64,000 nt of DNA, taken from Octopus bimaculoides (lineage: Eukaryota). Shown here one piece after another: positions 38,531-52,905 of the stretch. The translations under genes and the position numbers were made by a program. Position 1 is the stretch's first letter. Each line of letters starts with the position of its first letter. The stretch is from the NCBI RefSeq assembly GCF_001194135.2, contig NC_068990.1:33716105-33780104 (forward strand), given 5' to 3'. The notes under the pieces were generated by a model. The model was not told where the DNA came from. It ran no database searches and saw only the letters and a list, made by a program, of their open reading frames with translations.

Positions 38531-39706
38531 ATGGTAATGTTAATAAGAGCAGAAACATCTCTAATCTTGGTTAGCAGTCAGCTATTTTACCAATCTAGCT
38601 ATTTATATACTCTTTAATACTCCCGAACTTAGGGTTGTATAGCATTCAGCTACAAATGGAAAATTAAAAGGAAATAGAAGCAAAATAACTATTAATTTTG
38701 TAAGAAAATTTGTGTCTTATCTAACATAACAACAGAAATGATGTACTCTTAGTTTAAACTCATTTAATCACTCAATATTCCTATATGTAACAATTACTTA
38801 GAGCAAAATAAATAGAATTCCTAAAATAGCATCAACTGTACTTTGACTAAATTTTGTTACTGGTATCTTTCTGTGTTCTTGGCAAGTCTATTTAGTGTAC
38901 ACCCTGAAGTAATGAGTACTTTAGGGTATACACAAGGTACTCAGTACTTTAGGGTACAGGCCAGCTAGATTTGCCCAGCACTTCAATACTTTAGAGTACA
39001 GTATATTCAGCATGTAAACTGTGGGAGGGTCAAGTGTTTATAAGGTTGTGGTGTTATTTATTATAAAAAAATCTTGTTAGTTCAGTGGATTGATGGAATC
39101 ATCAAAGTATCAAGAAAAATGCTTTGTGGTATTTGTTTTGGATCTTTATATTCTGAGTTCAAATCCCACCAAGGTCAATTTTGCTTTTTATTTCTCCAAA
39201 TTAGAAATAATTAATAGCATTATTGCTTTTTTCCGCAAATTTAAATTTGGGATGTATTTGTACCACACTGTTGTGAATAATAGCTGCCTAATCCTTCTTT
39301 CAAGTAGTTTGGTCTTGCAGAGTAAATAGACAGGATCACTGTCCTGCTGGAAGATGTTATTGAACCATGTCTTCAGACAGGTGGAATGTTTCAGATCATA
39401 GATTTGTTCAATTCAGTCAGACCTGAGACTTAACAACAACACACAGATGAGGTCAAAGATGCAGAAAAATTGTGTTTTATTGACAGGAACGATGCTACAT
39501 ATCTGATAAATTCTTGGTCTGCCTGGATAGATGAAAAGGCTGAGTGAATATAGAATTGATATACACCAAGTTCTAGTTTCTGAATTCAAATCTACTACAG
39601 CTAGTCTGTTGTGTTTTGGGGTATCTCATCAAAGTTATCAGGACACACCACTGAATAAGAGGTAAAGTATAATGTTAGAAACTTGTGTCCTATACAGGTG
39701 CACATA

Positions 39707-40092
39707 GGAGGCGCAATGGCCCAGTGGTCAGGGCAGCGGACTCGCAGTCATAGGATCGCGGTTTCGATTCCCAGACCGGGCATTGTGAGTGTTTATTGAG
39801 CGAAAACACCTAAAGCTCCACGAGGCTCCGGCAGGGGATCGTGGCCAACCCTGCTGTACTCTTCCACCACAAATCTTTCTCACTCTTACTTCCTGTTTCT
39901 GTCGTGCCTGTAATTCAAAGGGTCAGCCTTGTCACACTGTGTCACACTGAATATCCCCGAGAACTACGTTAAGGGTACACGTGTCTGTGGAGTGCTCAGC
40001 CACTTGCACGTTAATTTCATGAGCAGGCTGTTCCGTTGATCGGATCAACTGGAACCCTCGACGTCGTAAGCGACGGAATGCCAACAACAACA
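39707..40092 (+). mobile_element. Young full-length tRNA(Arg-like)-derived SINE with 13-bp TSD
   Basis: A-box TGGCCCAGTGG, B-box GTTTCGATTCC, (CAA)n tail, CpGs retained; atacaggtgcaca at 39692-39704 and 40093-40105. Confidence 0.92.
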
Positions 40093-41225
40093 ATACAGGT
40101 GCACAGATAGAACAGAAAATGAAATTAAATAATGGTTCCACAAGCAAATGATGTTTGTGGACTTATTTAACTTGGTCTGCCAACACAAGGGTTCTACTCC
40201 TGGTATATGAGTGAAATTTGGTAAGTGACAGTAAAAGAAAAATGCAGCTGAGAAACAGTTACTTTGGTAGTATCAAAACCATGACTTCCATAAAGCCTTA
40301 GTGGAATGGATGTAAAACCTATAGAATTAAAGAAGTGAACAATGGAGAAACAAACCAGGTTTCTATAAAGATATTTATGGAGAAATTTAATGTCTTTTCT
40401 CACACTACAACCCACGTTTTCAGATATATTTTCATTTTATTTCTTTATAGTTGATATATGTATATCTGTGTGCGTATGTATGTACATATGTGTATCCATA
40501 TGTGTGTGTATATATATGTGTGTGTGTGTATATATATGTGTGTGTGTGTGTATATATATGTGTGTGTGTGTGTATATATATATGTGTGTGTGTGTGTGCA
40601 TTTATTTACATCGGTAGACATGTATGTGTGTTTATGTGTGCATCTATATATCTATATGTGTATTTATGTATGTATGAGAGTATGTATGTGTGTGTGTGTG
40701 TGTACACACATGCACGCACACACATACACACACACACACAATCACACACACACACACAATCACACACACACACAAGCATGAATGTATATGTGTTCATGTG
40801 ACTAAGTGAGTGTTAGTGGAGAGTCAGCTTCTAACATAATAATATATATTACATTTCCAAATCGTATGTAAAAAAAATCACTCTGTTCCTCATTTTCTTT
40901 GTAATTGAAGCACAAATTTCATTCTATAAATTCTTCCTAGTTTTTCTGTCATTTCAGTAAAAAGCATTATAGCAAAATATATTCATTTCTCAGTGATTCA
41001 TATAATGCAGCCAATGCTATATTGCTATGGCAGCCATGATGAGATGAAGGGCCTAATTTATCTTCGAAAAATATCTGTGTCTCTTAAATTGTAAATTTTG
41101 CAGCGATTCCTTCAATAATGTTCTCATGTTCACTTTGAACATCTTGAACAAAACTACATAAATTACTGCTAATAGTATAATTTTATACACATATTATTCC
41201 ACATACATATGTTTCAGCCGGTGGG

Positions 41226-41278
<53 letters not shown>

Positions 41279-41389
41279 TACACATGTATGTCTATATGTC
41301 TTTATGTATGTATGTATGCATGCATGCATGTATGTATATATAGAGAGAGAATATACAAGTTTTCATCATGACGTAATGTAATGACTATG

Positions 41390-42030
41390 TAATATGAGCG
41401 CTCAGTTTGGGCCTCACGAAGGTGATGGCAAATGACCAAGAGCTCTAGAGATATGCTGTGCATGAGAAGACTCATCAGACTAAGTGAAGTCATAATTGTG
41501 GCCATGCTGGTGCTATGTAAATGATACCCATGCATTGTAGTTGTGGTCGTTGATGGTACCATTTAAGTGGCACCTGCAAATCATCTTGGTCAATGCTGGT
41601 GCTATATAAATGTCTCCTGTGCATTGTAGTCATGATCAACGATGGTGCCATGTAAATTGGCACCCAGAAACTGTGGTCGTTGGTGGCACCATGTAAATAA
41701 CACTGAAGAGTCGTATTCATTGCTGGTACCATGCAAATAGCACCAGTAGATCTTAGTCGTGGTCACTACCAGTGCTATGCAAATGGCACCCACCTGTGAA
41801 TCATAGTCATAGTTATTGCTGGTGTCATGCAAATGGCACCCATGCTGGTGGCACGTAAAAGCACCCATTACACTCCAGGAGTGATTGGCATTAGGAAGGG
41901 CATCCTGCTGTAGAAATCATGCCAAATCAGACTGGAACCTGGTGCAGCTCTGGCTCATCAGCTCCAGTCAAACCATTTAACCCATGCCAGGATGGAGAGT
42001 GGATGTTAAATGATGATAATGATGATGATG
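41390..42030 (+). mobile_element. RTE LINE 3' end with expanded hairpin array in the UTR
   Basis: ORF end LGLTKVMANDQEL*RYAVHEKTHQTK*, about nine units of about 43 bp, conserved tail and (gat)n. Confidence 0.85.
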
Positions 42031-42055
42031 ATATCATATATGTATGTATGTATTT

Positions 42056-42086
<31 letters not shown>

Positions 42087-42282
42087 GAATGCAGACATAC
42101 ACACATGCTACCTTACATCAAAATGTCTTCCATATATGCAAGACCACACTATAACACAAACACTCAAAAGAACCTTCTCAGTCAAACAATTACTGATTGT
42201 CTATAGGGTTGTGGGTTAGCATGAGAGAGAGAGAGAGAAAGAGTGAGTGAGTGAGAGAGAGAGTGAGAGAGNNNNNNNNNNN

Positions 42283-42329
<47 letters not shown>

Positions 42330-42984
42330 AGATAGATCCAGCTGTGAATAGAAAATATAGTGCATAAAATATTGGCTATGATTTTCTCCTTGAAACTTTC
42401 TGAAAAGTGTCTTCTTTTCCCTCTATTGAAGTTAGTGACATGAAGACAATGGCTGTCTCTGCAGATAAATAGCAATGCTTGTCTTGTTATATCTCAAAGC
42501 TCACTTATAAAGGTGAGACTCTCCTTACAGAAAGCTTGATAAACAAGCTATATGGTCATTAACTGCTAGAGAAGTGATAGACATAAAATATCAACAAAAG
42601 AGAGAAGGTGTGCGATAATGAAAGAGAGCAATGTTTTGATGAAATAAATTTAGGTGAATTAAAGTTACCCTCAATAACCAGAAGCAAAATATAGAAATAT
42701 AAATCATTGTGAAGGATTACTGAGCAAAGAGAGAGAGTAAGATGCAATCACTGGTTAGTTGCAGAGATAAAATGGTAGATGTGACTAAAGTGTCATATTA
42801 GTTAAAGCCAAAGTGATGTAAATATAATTATTATGTTGTTGATGAAGGCTTTTCTTAGTATGTCACATATAAAAGTGTTGTTATTAGTGGACTTAGAGTT
42901 ACAGAAAGTATATCAATGGAGGGTAAAGAATGAAATAAAATTAATTCCATTATAGATGATTAGTTATAATTATTTAATAACAAG

Positions 42985-43195
42985 GCAATGAGCTGGCAGA
43001 ATTGTTTGCAGGCCAGGTGAAATGCTTAGCAGTATTTCATCTGTCTTTGTGTTCTGAGTTCAAATTCCACTGAGGTCAACTTCGACTTTCATCTTTCTGG
43101 GGTCGATAAAATAAGTACCAGTTGTGCACTGGAGTTGATGTAATCAACTGACACCCTCCTCGAAATTGCTGGTCTTGTGCCAAAAATTGAAATCA
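42985..43195 (+). mobile_element. SINE family A
   Basis: gagctggcagaa-gagttcaaattcc-ggggtcgataaaataagtaccag. Confidence 0.85.
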
Positions 43196-43228
43196 AGGAT
43201 TTTAATAACTGAAGACATATCAGTGGCT

Positions 43229-43490
43229 TAAGTTTCTAGACCACTAACTGATGACTATCATGTATTTAGACTACTAACAAAAGGCTACAGAGTACTTGTA
43301 CTACTCAGAAAAGGCAACTAAGTATTTAGCCTACCAATAAATTGCTACCAAATATTAAGACTACTAACTGATGTTTACCAAGTATTTAGACTACTAAATG
43401 ACATTTATCACATATTTAAACAACCAAATGTTGTTTAACATATATTTAGAGCACTAACTGATGTCTATTAAATATTTAGACTACAAAACC
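43229..43490. repeat. Minisatellite of about 30 bp (gtatttagactactaactgatgtctatcaa), about 8 units
   Basis: tatttagactac recurs at about 30-bp spacing. Confidence 0.85.
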
Positions 43491-45289
43491 ATGTGGTTGA
43501 GAAGTGAACCTCTTAACCATGGAACTAAGTCTGTCTATACCAGCCATTCCTGGTTTTCATGTAACAATGTGGAAATAGAAATGAATAAGTCTGAAAATTT
43601 TCAGTAATGTTATCATAGACTTATTAATTCAAATAGCATTGTTTCTGTTGGTTTCTTTTTTCTACATTATGCCAACATCCATGAGGTATAACATTGATTA
43701 TTATGTTACTCATGATATTAAAAATTAGTTTTGGTGAAACAACTGAATGTAAGAAGAGATCACTAGTAATTACAGCCTCCATGCTGCCAACTTGTATGAA
43801 CAATAGCATCTGGCTGGATCATATTAAGTTCTTTAGGGAAGTATTTTAACAATGGTGATATTATATGGAAGAAGTCAACAATGGTTGCTGTAGGTGGTTG
43901 ATTTCATATACACCACGAATATGAATATCCGAAGACATATACACCTGACAAGTGGTTGGTTATTAACTTTTATGCTTCAAGTAAATGTAACCAGTGAGTG
44001 TAGCGTCAGTGGTTTTGTGACTTGCAATAAATGTCTCTTTTAATAACAACATGCATTAGCAATTATCATTTACATTGTTTATATAAAAGGTTGTTCAGTT
44101 TAGTTCAAGAGACAAATCCATTTATACACCAATAACTTTCTGCAGTAATGTCCATTCATGATTCTGTATGCTAACTGTGTGGTACATGATTTAAATTGTT
44201 CTGTATGACAAGATGGAACAACATTTTAATGTTTAGCAACAGTATGTATGCTTAACTATGTTAGTACATTAAAGGAAACAATTTTCTATATGTAAGGGAT
44301 GTCAGTAGACTGTAGGAATGCTAACATGTGAAATGATGGTCCAAAGATTATAAATTTGGCTTTGATAGTTCCAAATATCTGGGTTGATTCAGAGGCTGTT
44401 CACAAGTAATAAATCGTGTTTTAATATATGTTCTGGGTTCTTACTTGTTTAAGTTGCCTTTACCAATAAATAAATTGCTTTTAATTATTGCCTGCAATAT
44501 TCAGAATGATATATATATTTATTGTCTTAACACACATATATATATATATATATATATTGGCTAACATTTCCAGCTTTTGAGTGTTAATTAGAACACTTAT
44601 CAGGAAAACTGTCTCAAAAAATTTCTTTAAAACCTGTAAAAGCAGCCAAAAATATAAAGAAACATTTATAAGGTACATCACAATCTAAGAAATAAGTTTT
44701 GGCAACAGTATTTGATTCATTAACACAAGAACCCATTATTATATTGTCAATATTTCACACATCAATGGACTTTAACTGCCAAAAGAACACACACACAAAA
44801 CCGCAATCTAGAGCTCAGAAGATGAAGATTTATCAGACTCTGGAGAACATCTACTTTTCTTTGTGTTATTATCCTCCACCCACACACCCCACACACATTT
44901 CATTATACATACACACAAACAACAGAATGGAAAGAATGAAAGGTATTCTAACTGTACCTGTAATTACCAACATAGACGCCATCGGGGTTCAGCATTGGTA
45001 CAATTTTGAAAATTATATGCTGCCTTAAACACTTTGCAATACTATGATTGCTTACAAGGAAATCAATAAGTCCTGAAAAGGAAGAAAATTAAGGAATGTG
45101 TTAAGAAAGTCAATTAATTTGAGTCAAAAATCTTGATGAAATGAATTATGGTAAAATTGAAAGTAATTATAAGCATATTTTGTGACTAAATATTGCTATA
45201 ATTACTTATACAACAACTAATGAAAACACTGTGAAAGTAATTTAATTAATTTTTTTTTTGCATCTGTTTGATACTTTATTTTATTTAAT

Positions 45290-45695
45290 TCTACTCTTTT
45301 ACTCGTTTACTTGTTTCAGTCATTTGACTGCGTCCATACTGGAGCACCGCCTTTAGTCGAGCAAATCGACCCCAAGACTATTCTTTGTAAGCCTAGTACT
45401 TATTCTATCGGACTCTTTTGCCTAACCGCTAAGTTACGGGGACATAAACACACCAGCATCAGTTGTCAAGCGATGTTGGGGAGACAAACACAGACACACA
45501 AACATGTACACACACATACATATATGTATACATATATACGACGGGCTTCTTTCAGTTTCCGTCTACCAAATCCACTCACAAGGCTTTGGTTAGTACGAGG
45601 CTATAGTAGAAGACACTTGCCCAAGGTGCCACGCAGTGGGACTGAACCCAGAACCATGTGGTTGGTAATCAAGCTGCTTACCACATAGCCACTCC
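45290..45695 (-). mobile_element. SINE family B, full length, gap-free reference copy
   Basis: Head, core, microsatellite and tail all present. Confidence 0.92.
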
Positions 45696-46524
45696 TGCAC
45701 CTATATATTTTGTTCTGTCTCATTTCGACACTCTGACCTTACCTACAGAAATGACTTGTTTACTTCTGAAGCCATTAATAAATAAGAATGAATAAGATTT
45801 CCAGAGTTTTCTTATCTAAGTGTGTGGTTCAAGTGTTAAAAATTTGAACAGTTCCAATGCTTTTGTTGATAATTATAATGGTTGGTGCTTTGTTAGCAGT
45901 AATATTCAACATAAAGAAAGCAAGTATATAGAAACAGATGGGGAAAAAAATTTTGTTGGTGGATTTATTAAGCTACAACACAACAAGTATGACTTTTTTA
46001 ATTCAATAACTTCTTGGTGCCAGTTTGTTCCATCATGGGAAAAGGTGCAGATAGAAAAGGGAGATAGTGAGATCAAATCCTGACATATTTCTAAAAGATT
46101 AAATCAAAACTATTTATTTACATCTATTTTTACCTCCTTTTATTAACAACAAAACAAAGTCTTTCTGATTTTCTCTCTTTTGTGATTCTTACAATAAGTT
46201 TATCCAAGGACATAACAGCCTCGCTTCTCTAACAGTAGAGCAAACATCTACCATAATAAGAAAGATTTTATTAAGTAATAAAATAAGACATGTTCATCAT
46301 TTATAGCCTTCCTCACTGAATTTCTAGATCACTTGAATACATACACATGACTTAGATGTCAACCAGAAATTTAGGTGAGAATACAGTTTATAAGTACATA
46401 ACTTGAAGGTTAAAAACTACTATGAGCTGAACGTATAAGAATAAAATGAAAAAAAAAAACAAGAATTGATAAGCTTAATAAAGCAAAAGATATATATGTA
46501 TATATAATATGTATGCATACACAG

Positions 46525-46593
<69 letters not shown>

Positions 46594-46626
46594 NNNNNNN
46601 NNNNNNNNNNNNNNNNNNNNNNNNNN

Positions 46627-46689
<63 letters not shown>

Positions 46690-48284
46690 GAGAGGAGATG
46701 AATAAATGTTTTTAGCTGGTGCCTGATGTCTGCTGAACAAACCTTAGGATTAAGGAATCATCCAAACATATGCAGAAGTAAGCAAATATCAATATGTTCT
46801 GTGGACATATACAACTTATAGTCTTTATATGGAATGCAACAACAAAAAAAAGAATCTCAAAATAAAAAAATAAAAAGCTATTCACTGGAATGTGACTGGA
46901 TTTGAACTCTTTTATCTTCAGTCATCACAGTGAAATATTTCCTTGGGCAAAGCGTATAATTTTACTGTTTTATTCTGCTAATGTTACACATGGATCTTAT
47001 ACTGCTAATCAAAAGTTTCTCAAAAGTTAGAGATTTTCTGATCAACCATTATCGTTTCTTTATCAATATCACTGATTTTATGATTTTCTTCATATTTTGA
47101 CATGGTTTAGACAGCTCTACGGAATCACATTTGACAACATCTTGAATGTGAACTGTATTAGCATTAAGGTTATTTTTGCTTTCATACAATCGTCCAGTAT
47201 ATACACACATATATACACATGTCTGCACACTCACAGAATTAGTGTGTGCAAATGAAAGTAGGAGAGTTTTTCTTACTGGTTGAACTAACATCAACCATTT
47301 CTGCCAATGAACACAAAAGGAAAGACTCAAAGAAGAATGTAAATAATAGTAAATAAATAGTAAGATAAATAAAATAAAACATATAAAAAAAAGATCATAA
47401 CAAAATAGCTATTTCATTATTTTCAATGCTGCCAAACTTCAAACTATAATTGTGAAATATTAAGAATTTCAAGAGAATAATTGACAAATAACCATTTAAG
47501 CATGATAAAGTGGTGCTTGATCGAACTAAATAGTATTTTTCTAACATTTACAAACATCATCATGTCACTGAAAGTAGAGCTGACTGTTGTATTCCTTGTG
47601 TTTCTTCTCCGACACAACATCGCCACTCCCAACAACACAACTACTACCACTGTTGATTCACACTTGCATGAGTTTCAGTAATATCAATTAGGTGAAGAGG
47701 GTTGAAGAAAACACCAGCATGGTGGAATGTATTAAAAGGAAATGAAAGAGCACAAACACAGACTAATTTGTCAAAGATACACCATGACATAAGCAATACA
47801 TTCAATAAGAAATCATGTCTGCTTTATTGTTCTAATGAAAAGGTGTGGAAGAACTGATATCACAATCAATAATTAGAGATTGTTTGAAAAGCCTAATTAG
47901 ATAGCGGAGAAGGCCAATTAGTATAAGATTGTAAAGGAGTGCTATGTTATATTACTAAACATTTCAGAAAGACAGAGATAACTGTTTTCTTTCTGTGGGA
48001 TATTTTAAGTTGGTTAAAGTCATTTTACAAAGGAAGAGTTAGATCCATCACTCATGAATATCTTTTCCTTTGTCTATAAAGATTTCTTCTCTGGTTGTAC
48101 AAAGATTAGTTGGTAAGGGAGATTCTGTGTAGAAGTTCAGCCCTCACAATGTAAAAGCAAAATCCCTACCAAACATCAGTGTATTGGTATATTGCCTTCC
48201 AGAAATATGTCAGGATAAACATATGAAGAAAACCTTCTCTCAATAAACATGACATGGTTAATGTACTGTGACTATCAAGTAAAT

Positions 48285-48720
48285 CTTTTCCTTTCCTTTA
48301 CTTGTTTCAGTTGTTTGACTGTGGCCATGCTGGAACATTGTCTTAGAGGGTTTTTTTTTTTTTTTTAGTTGATGAAATCAATCCCAGGACTCATTTTTCA
48401 TAAGCCTGGTACTTATACTATTGGTGTTATTTGCTGAACTGCTAAGTTTCAGGGATGTAACCACACCAACATTGGTTGTCAAGCAACGGTGGTGGTGGTG
48501 GTGGGGGGGCAAACACAGACACAAAGACACACTCATGTAAGTATATATATATATATATATATATATAAGATGAGCTTCTTTCAGTTTCTGTCAGCCAAAT
48601 CCCCCCACAAGGTTTTGGTCAGTCCAAGGCTATAGTAGAAGACATCAGCCCAAGGTACCATGTAGTGGAACTGAACTCGGTGGTTGGGAAGCAAGCTTCT
48701 TACCATACAGCCATACCTGT
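48285..48720 (-). mobile_element. SINE family B, full length
   Basis: Colinear with 45290-45695. Confidence 0.85.
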
Positions 48721-48771
48721 GCCTTACAGGGGAAGCATTTAATTGACTATCAACAATAATAATTTAAACTA

Positions 48772-48898
48772 CAGGATGTCCGCAAAGTCTGGGTACATAG
48801 GGATTAACTCATACTTTAAGAAATTATTATTTTTTATATTTAATTGTTTATGTTATGATTTTATTTACTCCATGTACCCAGACCTTGTGAACACCCTG
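48772..48898. mobile_element. Tc1/mariner-type MITE
   Basis: TIRs caggatgtccgcaaagtctgggtacat / atgtacccagaccttgtgaacaccctg, flanked by TA on both sides. Confidence 0.85.
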
Positions 48899-50051
48899 TA
48901 GAGTAACAGTGCTAGCTATCTAATTGACTATTAATTTGAATAATTCACCTTTTGGTCAGAGCGAGCTATGTTCAAAGTTATTTCTAACATGAGCAACTAT
49001 TTATTTACATGAAACAACATTATCCAGTGTCTTCTTTTTGAAGATGGTAAGCATGTAATTTGACAGAGGCTTTGCTATTATTTCAAGCAAATTAAGCAAC
49101 CATATACAGGTTCTGTCATTGGCCCATATAGCTAGAATCAGTTAGAGTGGTGGAACACATCCACTACTAAGTTATATTCACTATTCAGACAACAATCTAA
49201 TAAAATACTTAGCAATTTTACAAAGTTATTGCTGTTTAGAATGGTAATTTCTTAGCCCTGTGGGACTCACTGACATTTTTGTGGACTGAAGCATCTGATA
49301 ATTAAGTATCTAGGCCATAGACACAACACAAATCCATGAACTGTCTGCTAAACTATCAATGCATCACTGTCCACACTTTTATCACATATTGATAGTGTGA
49401 AAAAAGAACTCAATTGTGTGATCACTAAAGAAGGGTTTTATTATGACATGCTGCTAAACATTATCAAAAGTTAGTTTAAAGACTTTCTATGTAAAAGTAT
49501 CGCCACTAAATAAAAGCTAAAAACTATTCTCCATGACAATAGCATCTCCAGGCTAGTTTTTGTGTCAGCATTAAGCTTGCCATAGATTTACTTCTAACAA
49601 CTCCATATGGTGAGAGTCACTATATCTTTCTCTCTCTGTCTATCTATCTCACTCTCTTCCTCTCTCTCTCTCTCTCTCTCTGTTACATTTTGGTATACAT
49701 ATTTGGACATTTAGCTCTCAATTAATGCTACAAATTCACCTGAAATATTTCAGCCATGTTTTAAGACCTTCTTTTTTTTTTTTAGCCAATCTGAAAGTTA
49801 AAAAGTTATTATTTTTTTTCCTAACTCTCATCTACATTCATATCAAGATGGACAGTTTATATAACAAGTTAATCACACCTACCCCAGGATACACATACTG
49901 CTGTGCAAAGCTAAATACGTACAAAAAACCCCCCAAAAACAGTCATTCATTCTCCAATAAGTAATATCTGAAATGCTTTTTAAAGTATCTATTCCTAGTG
50001 AACCAATAAAATAAGCAATGGCATTCTTGAATAAATCATAGAGTGGCACTA

Positions 50052-50137
<86 letters not shown>

Positions 50138-50282
50138 ATGCATGCACAGATATGCTTTCAAATTTTCTGGTTGTCTCCATGAACTTTTTGTCCAAATATA
50201 TTCTGCAATTATGTATTTTAATGTGTTCTGAGAACCACAGCAGAAATGAATTGAACGAATTAGTTTGTGTGTGGTATAGTGT

Positions 50283-50339
<57 letters not shown>

Positions 50340-50705
50340 AGTCAATGCTGAGAGGTATTTCTGTGTGCAATGCAGGTATGTCTAAATCTAAGCATGTGTG
50401 CATACATTATTGCATAAATGATGTGCTCACAGTGTCGATGACAACAACAACAATAACAACAACAGCAGCAGCACCAATAATAAAGAAGTGATAAACACAG
50501 TTTTAGAAATAAGGAAAATATTAACAAAACAAGATTTTTGCAACAATTCCAACCTACCACAATAAGTACTTACATGATGATGTGAATATTATACTACATT
50601 CGTCATCACCGTAATGTCATTGACTTATGTATTGCATCATTTGGTTACCATTAAACATATTGCCTACTACCCTCTGTGCCTTTCATACTCACATATGTAT
50701 GTATT

Positions 50706-50748
<43 letters not shown>

Positions 50749-51090
50749 ACATACACACACACACACATATATATATATGTATGTATGTATATATATACAT
50801 GTATGTGTACATCTATATATTTATATATATATATATATGAATACAGATGTGTATGTATGTGTGTGTATATATATATATATATATATACATGTGTGTATCT
50901 ATGTATATGACTATAATTCATGTATTGGCCACAGTTATTGTGTACTAGCAAAGCAATGGCACCCTGCTTTGTCTGAGAGGGTGGAAGCTAATATACATTA
51001 TTCTATATACATACATATATAGAAACACACACACACACACACACACACACACTATAAACAGAAGTAGATTACACTTACACNNNNNNNNNN

Positions 51091-51134
<44 letters not shown>

Positions 51135-51187
51135 TAAACAGAAGTAGATTACACTTACACACAGACTATATATATATCAATATATAT

Positions 51188-52423
51188 CATCATCATCATT
51201 TAACACCTGCTTTCCATGCTGACATGGGTTAAACAGCTTGACTGGAACTGGTAAGCTGGAGAGGTGCACCATGTTCCAGTCTGAATTTGGCTTAGTTTCT
51301 ATGGCTTGATGCCTTCCTAATGCCAACCACTCTGAGAGTGTAGTAGGTGCTTTTTATGTATCACGAGCATGGATGCTGTAATGTGTCACCAGCCCTGGCC
51401 ACAACTACAATTTCACTTGGCTCGACGAGTCTTCTCAAGTACAGCAAATCACTAAATGTCATGCTCACTTGTCATCACCTCCTTGAGACCCCACATTCGA
51501 AGATCATGCTTCACCACTTGCCCCATGTCTTCATGGGTTTATCTCTTCCGCAGAGTCCCTCCACAATTAGAGATTGGCACTTCTTTATACAGCAGCTTTC
51601 ATCCATACACATCACATGACCATACCAGTGTAGACATCTCTCTTGCACACCACATCTGATGTCTCTTATGCCCAATTTTTCTTTCAAGATGCTTACACTC
51701 TGTCAAGCTCTCTGGGCTTTGCCCTGCCTGTTCTTATTCTAGTAGCTATGCTCTTGGAGTTTCCCTCTCCACTGCTGATTTGGTCACCTAGGCAGCGAAT
51801 GCTATTAACTACTTCTAGGCACCCCTCTTCACATTTGATGGAGTCTATTTTCTGTATATTTCTAGTATTTACTGTACCTCTGCATCTGCCTCACTCAAAG
51901 ACTATTTTCCCTGTAACCATCCTCTGAAATTGCTGCACCTCTTATGTCCGTAGCTTGCACTGGATACACCTTATGCAGTTTCTACCTACACATTTTCTAC
52001 ATATCGAGCAGGGCTATCTATCTGAAGGGAAATGTGATTTTTCAGATTTCTTACTAACTAAGACTTTGATTTTCACTAAATTAACTCTAAGACTCATTGA
52101 TTCCAGACCTTGTTTCCACTCCTGAAATTTTTCCCCAGTTGGGGTAGTGATTCAGATACATGAACGAGGTCATCTGCATAAAGGAGTTCTAATGGTGCTT
52201 AGAGGACTATGATGAACAAGAGGGGATTGAGGACTGATCTTTGGTGGACTCTTACATGTATGCTGAATTCATAGCTATACTCATTGCCATGCCTCACCTC
52301 ACTGACTGTCCCTGCACATATCTTGTACAGCTCTCACCTGCCACTTTTATATCCATGTTTCTGTAATGACCACCAGATAAGGGAGCAGGGGACTCTGTTA
52401 AATGCTTTCTGCATGTCAACAAA
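51188..52423 (-). mobile_element. 5'-truncated decayed RTE LINE (RT to tail)
   Basis: FVDMQKAFNRVPCSLIWWSL, ELLYADDLV, a Cys-rich insert (PCSICRK), 3' UTR and (gat)n tail. Confidence 0.92.
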
Positions 52424-52451
52424 CTATTAGAAATATATATATATATATATA

Positions 52452-52490
<39 letters not shown>

Positions 52491-52509
52491 GTATGTACAT
52501 ATAAATATG

Positions 52510-52795
52510 TACTCTTTTACTCTTTTACTTGTTTCAGTCATTTGACTGTGGCCATGCTGGAGCACCACCTTTAGCCGAGAAAATCGACGCCAGGACTTAT
52601 TCTATCGGTCTCTTTTGCCGAACCGCTAGGTTACGAGACGTAAACACACCACCATCGGTTGTCAAACGATGTTGGGGGGACAAACACAAACACATAAATA
52701 ACATACACACACACACACACATATATATACATATACATATATACGACAGGCTTCTTTGAGTTTCTATCTACCAAATCCACTCACAAGGCTTTGTA
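52510..52795 (-). mobile_element. SINE family B lacking its head
   Basis: Tail through aaatccactcacaaggctttg. Confidence 0.85.
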
Positions 52796-52805
52796 TATAT
52801 ACACA

Positions 52806-52905
52806 CAGGGTGTTTCAAAAAGAATGACCCAATTTAAACATTATGTTTTTGAAATTGTGAGCATCTAGCGATTGAAAGGTGTGTGGCTGAAATTGGTGTG
52901 GTCTA
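52806..52905. mobile_element. Tc1/mariner-like left end; internal part repeated at about 53688-53742
   Basis: cagggtgtttcaaaaagaatgaccc; shared cattatgtttttgaaa-gcgattgaaa-gtgtgtggctgaaa. Confidence 0.55.

Noticed and set aside
41498-41866. CRISPR-like array of palindromic repeats with spacers
   Set aside because: Eukaryotic context, no cas genes, the spacers are related to each other, and the array lies within an RTE 3' UTR.
45820-46083. 87-aa ORF in unique sequence (also 44699-45028)
   Set aside because: No recognisable domain or splice context, and the length is within chance expectation.
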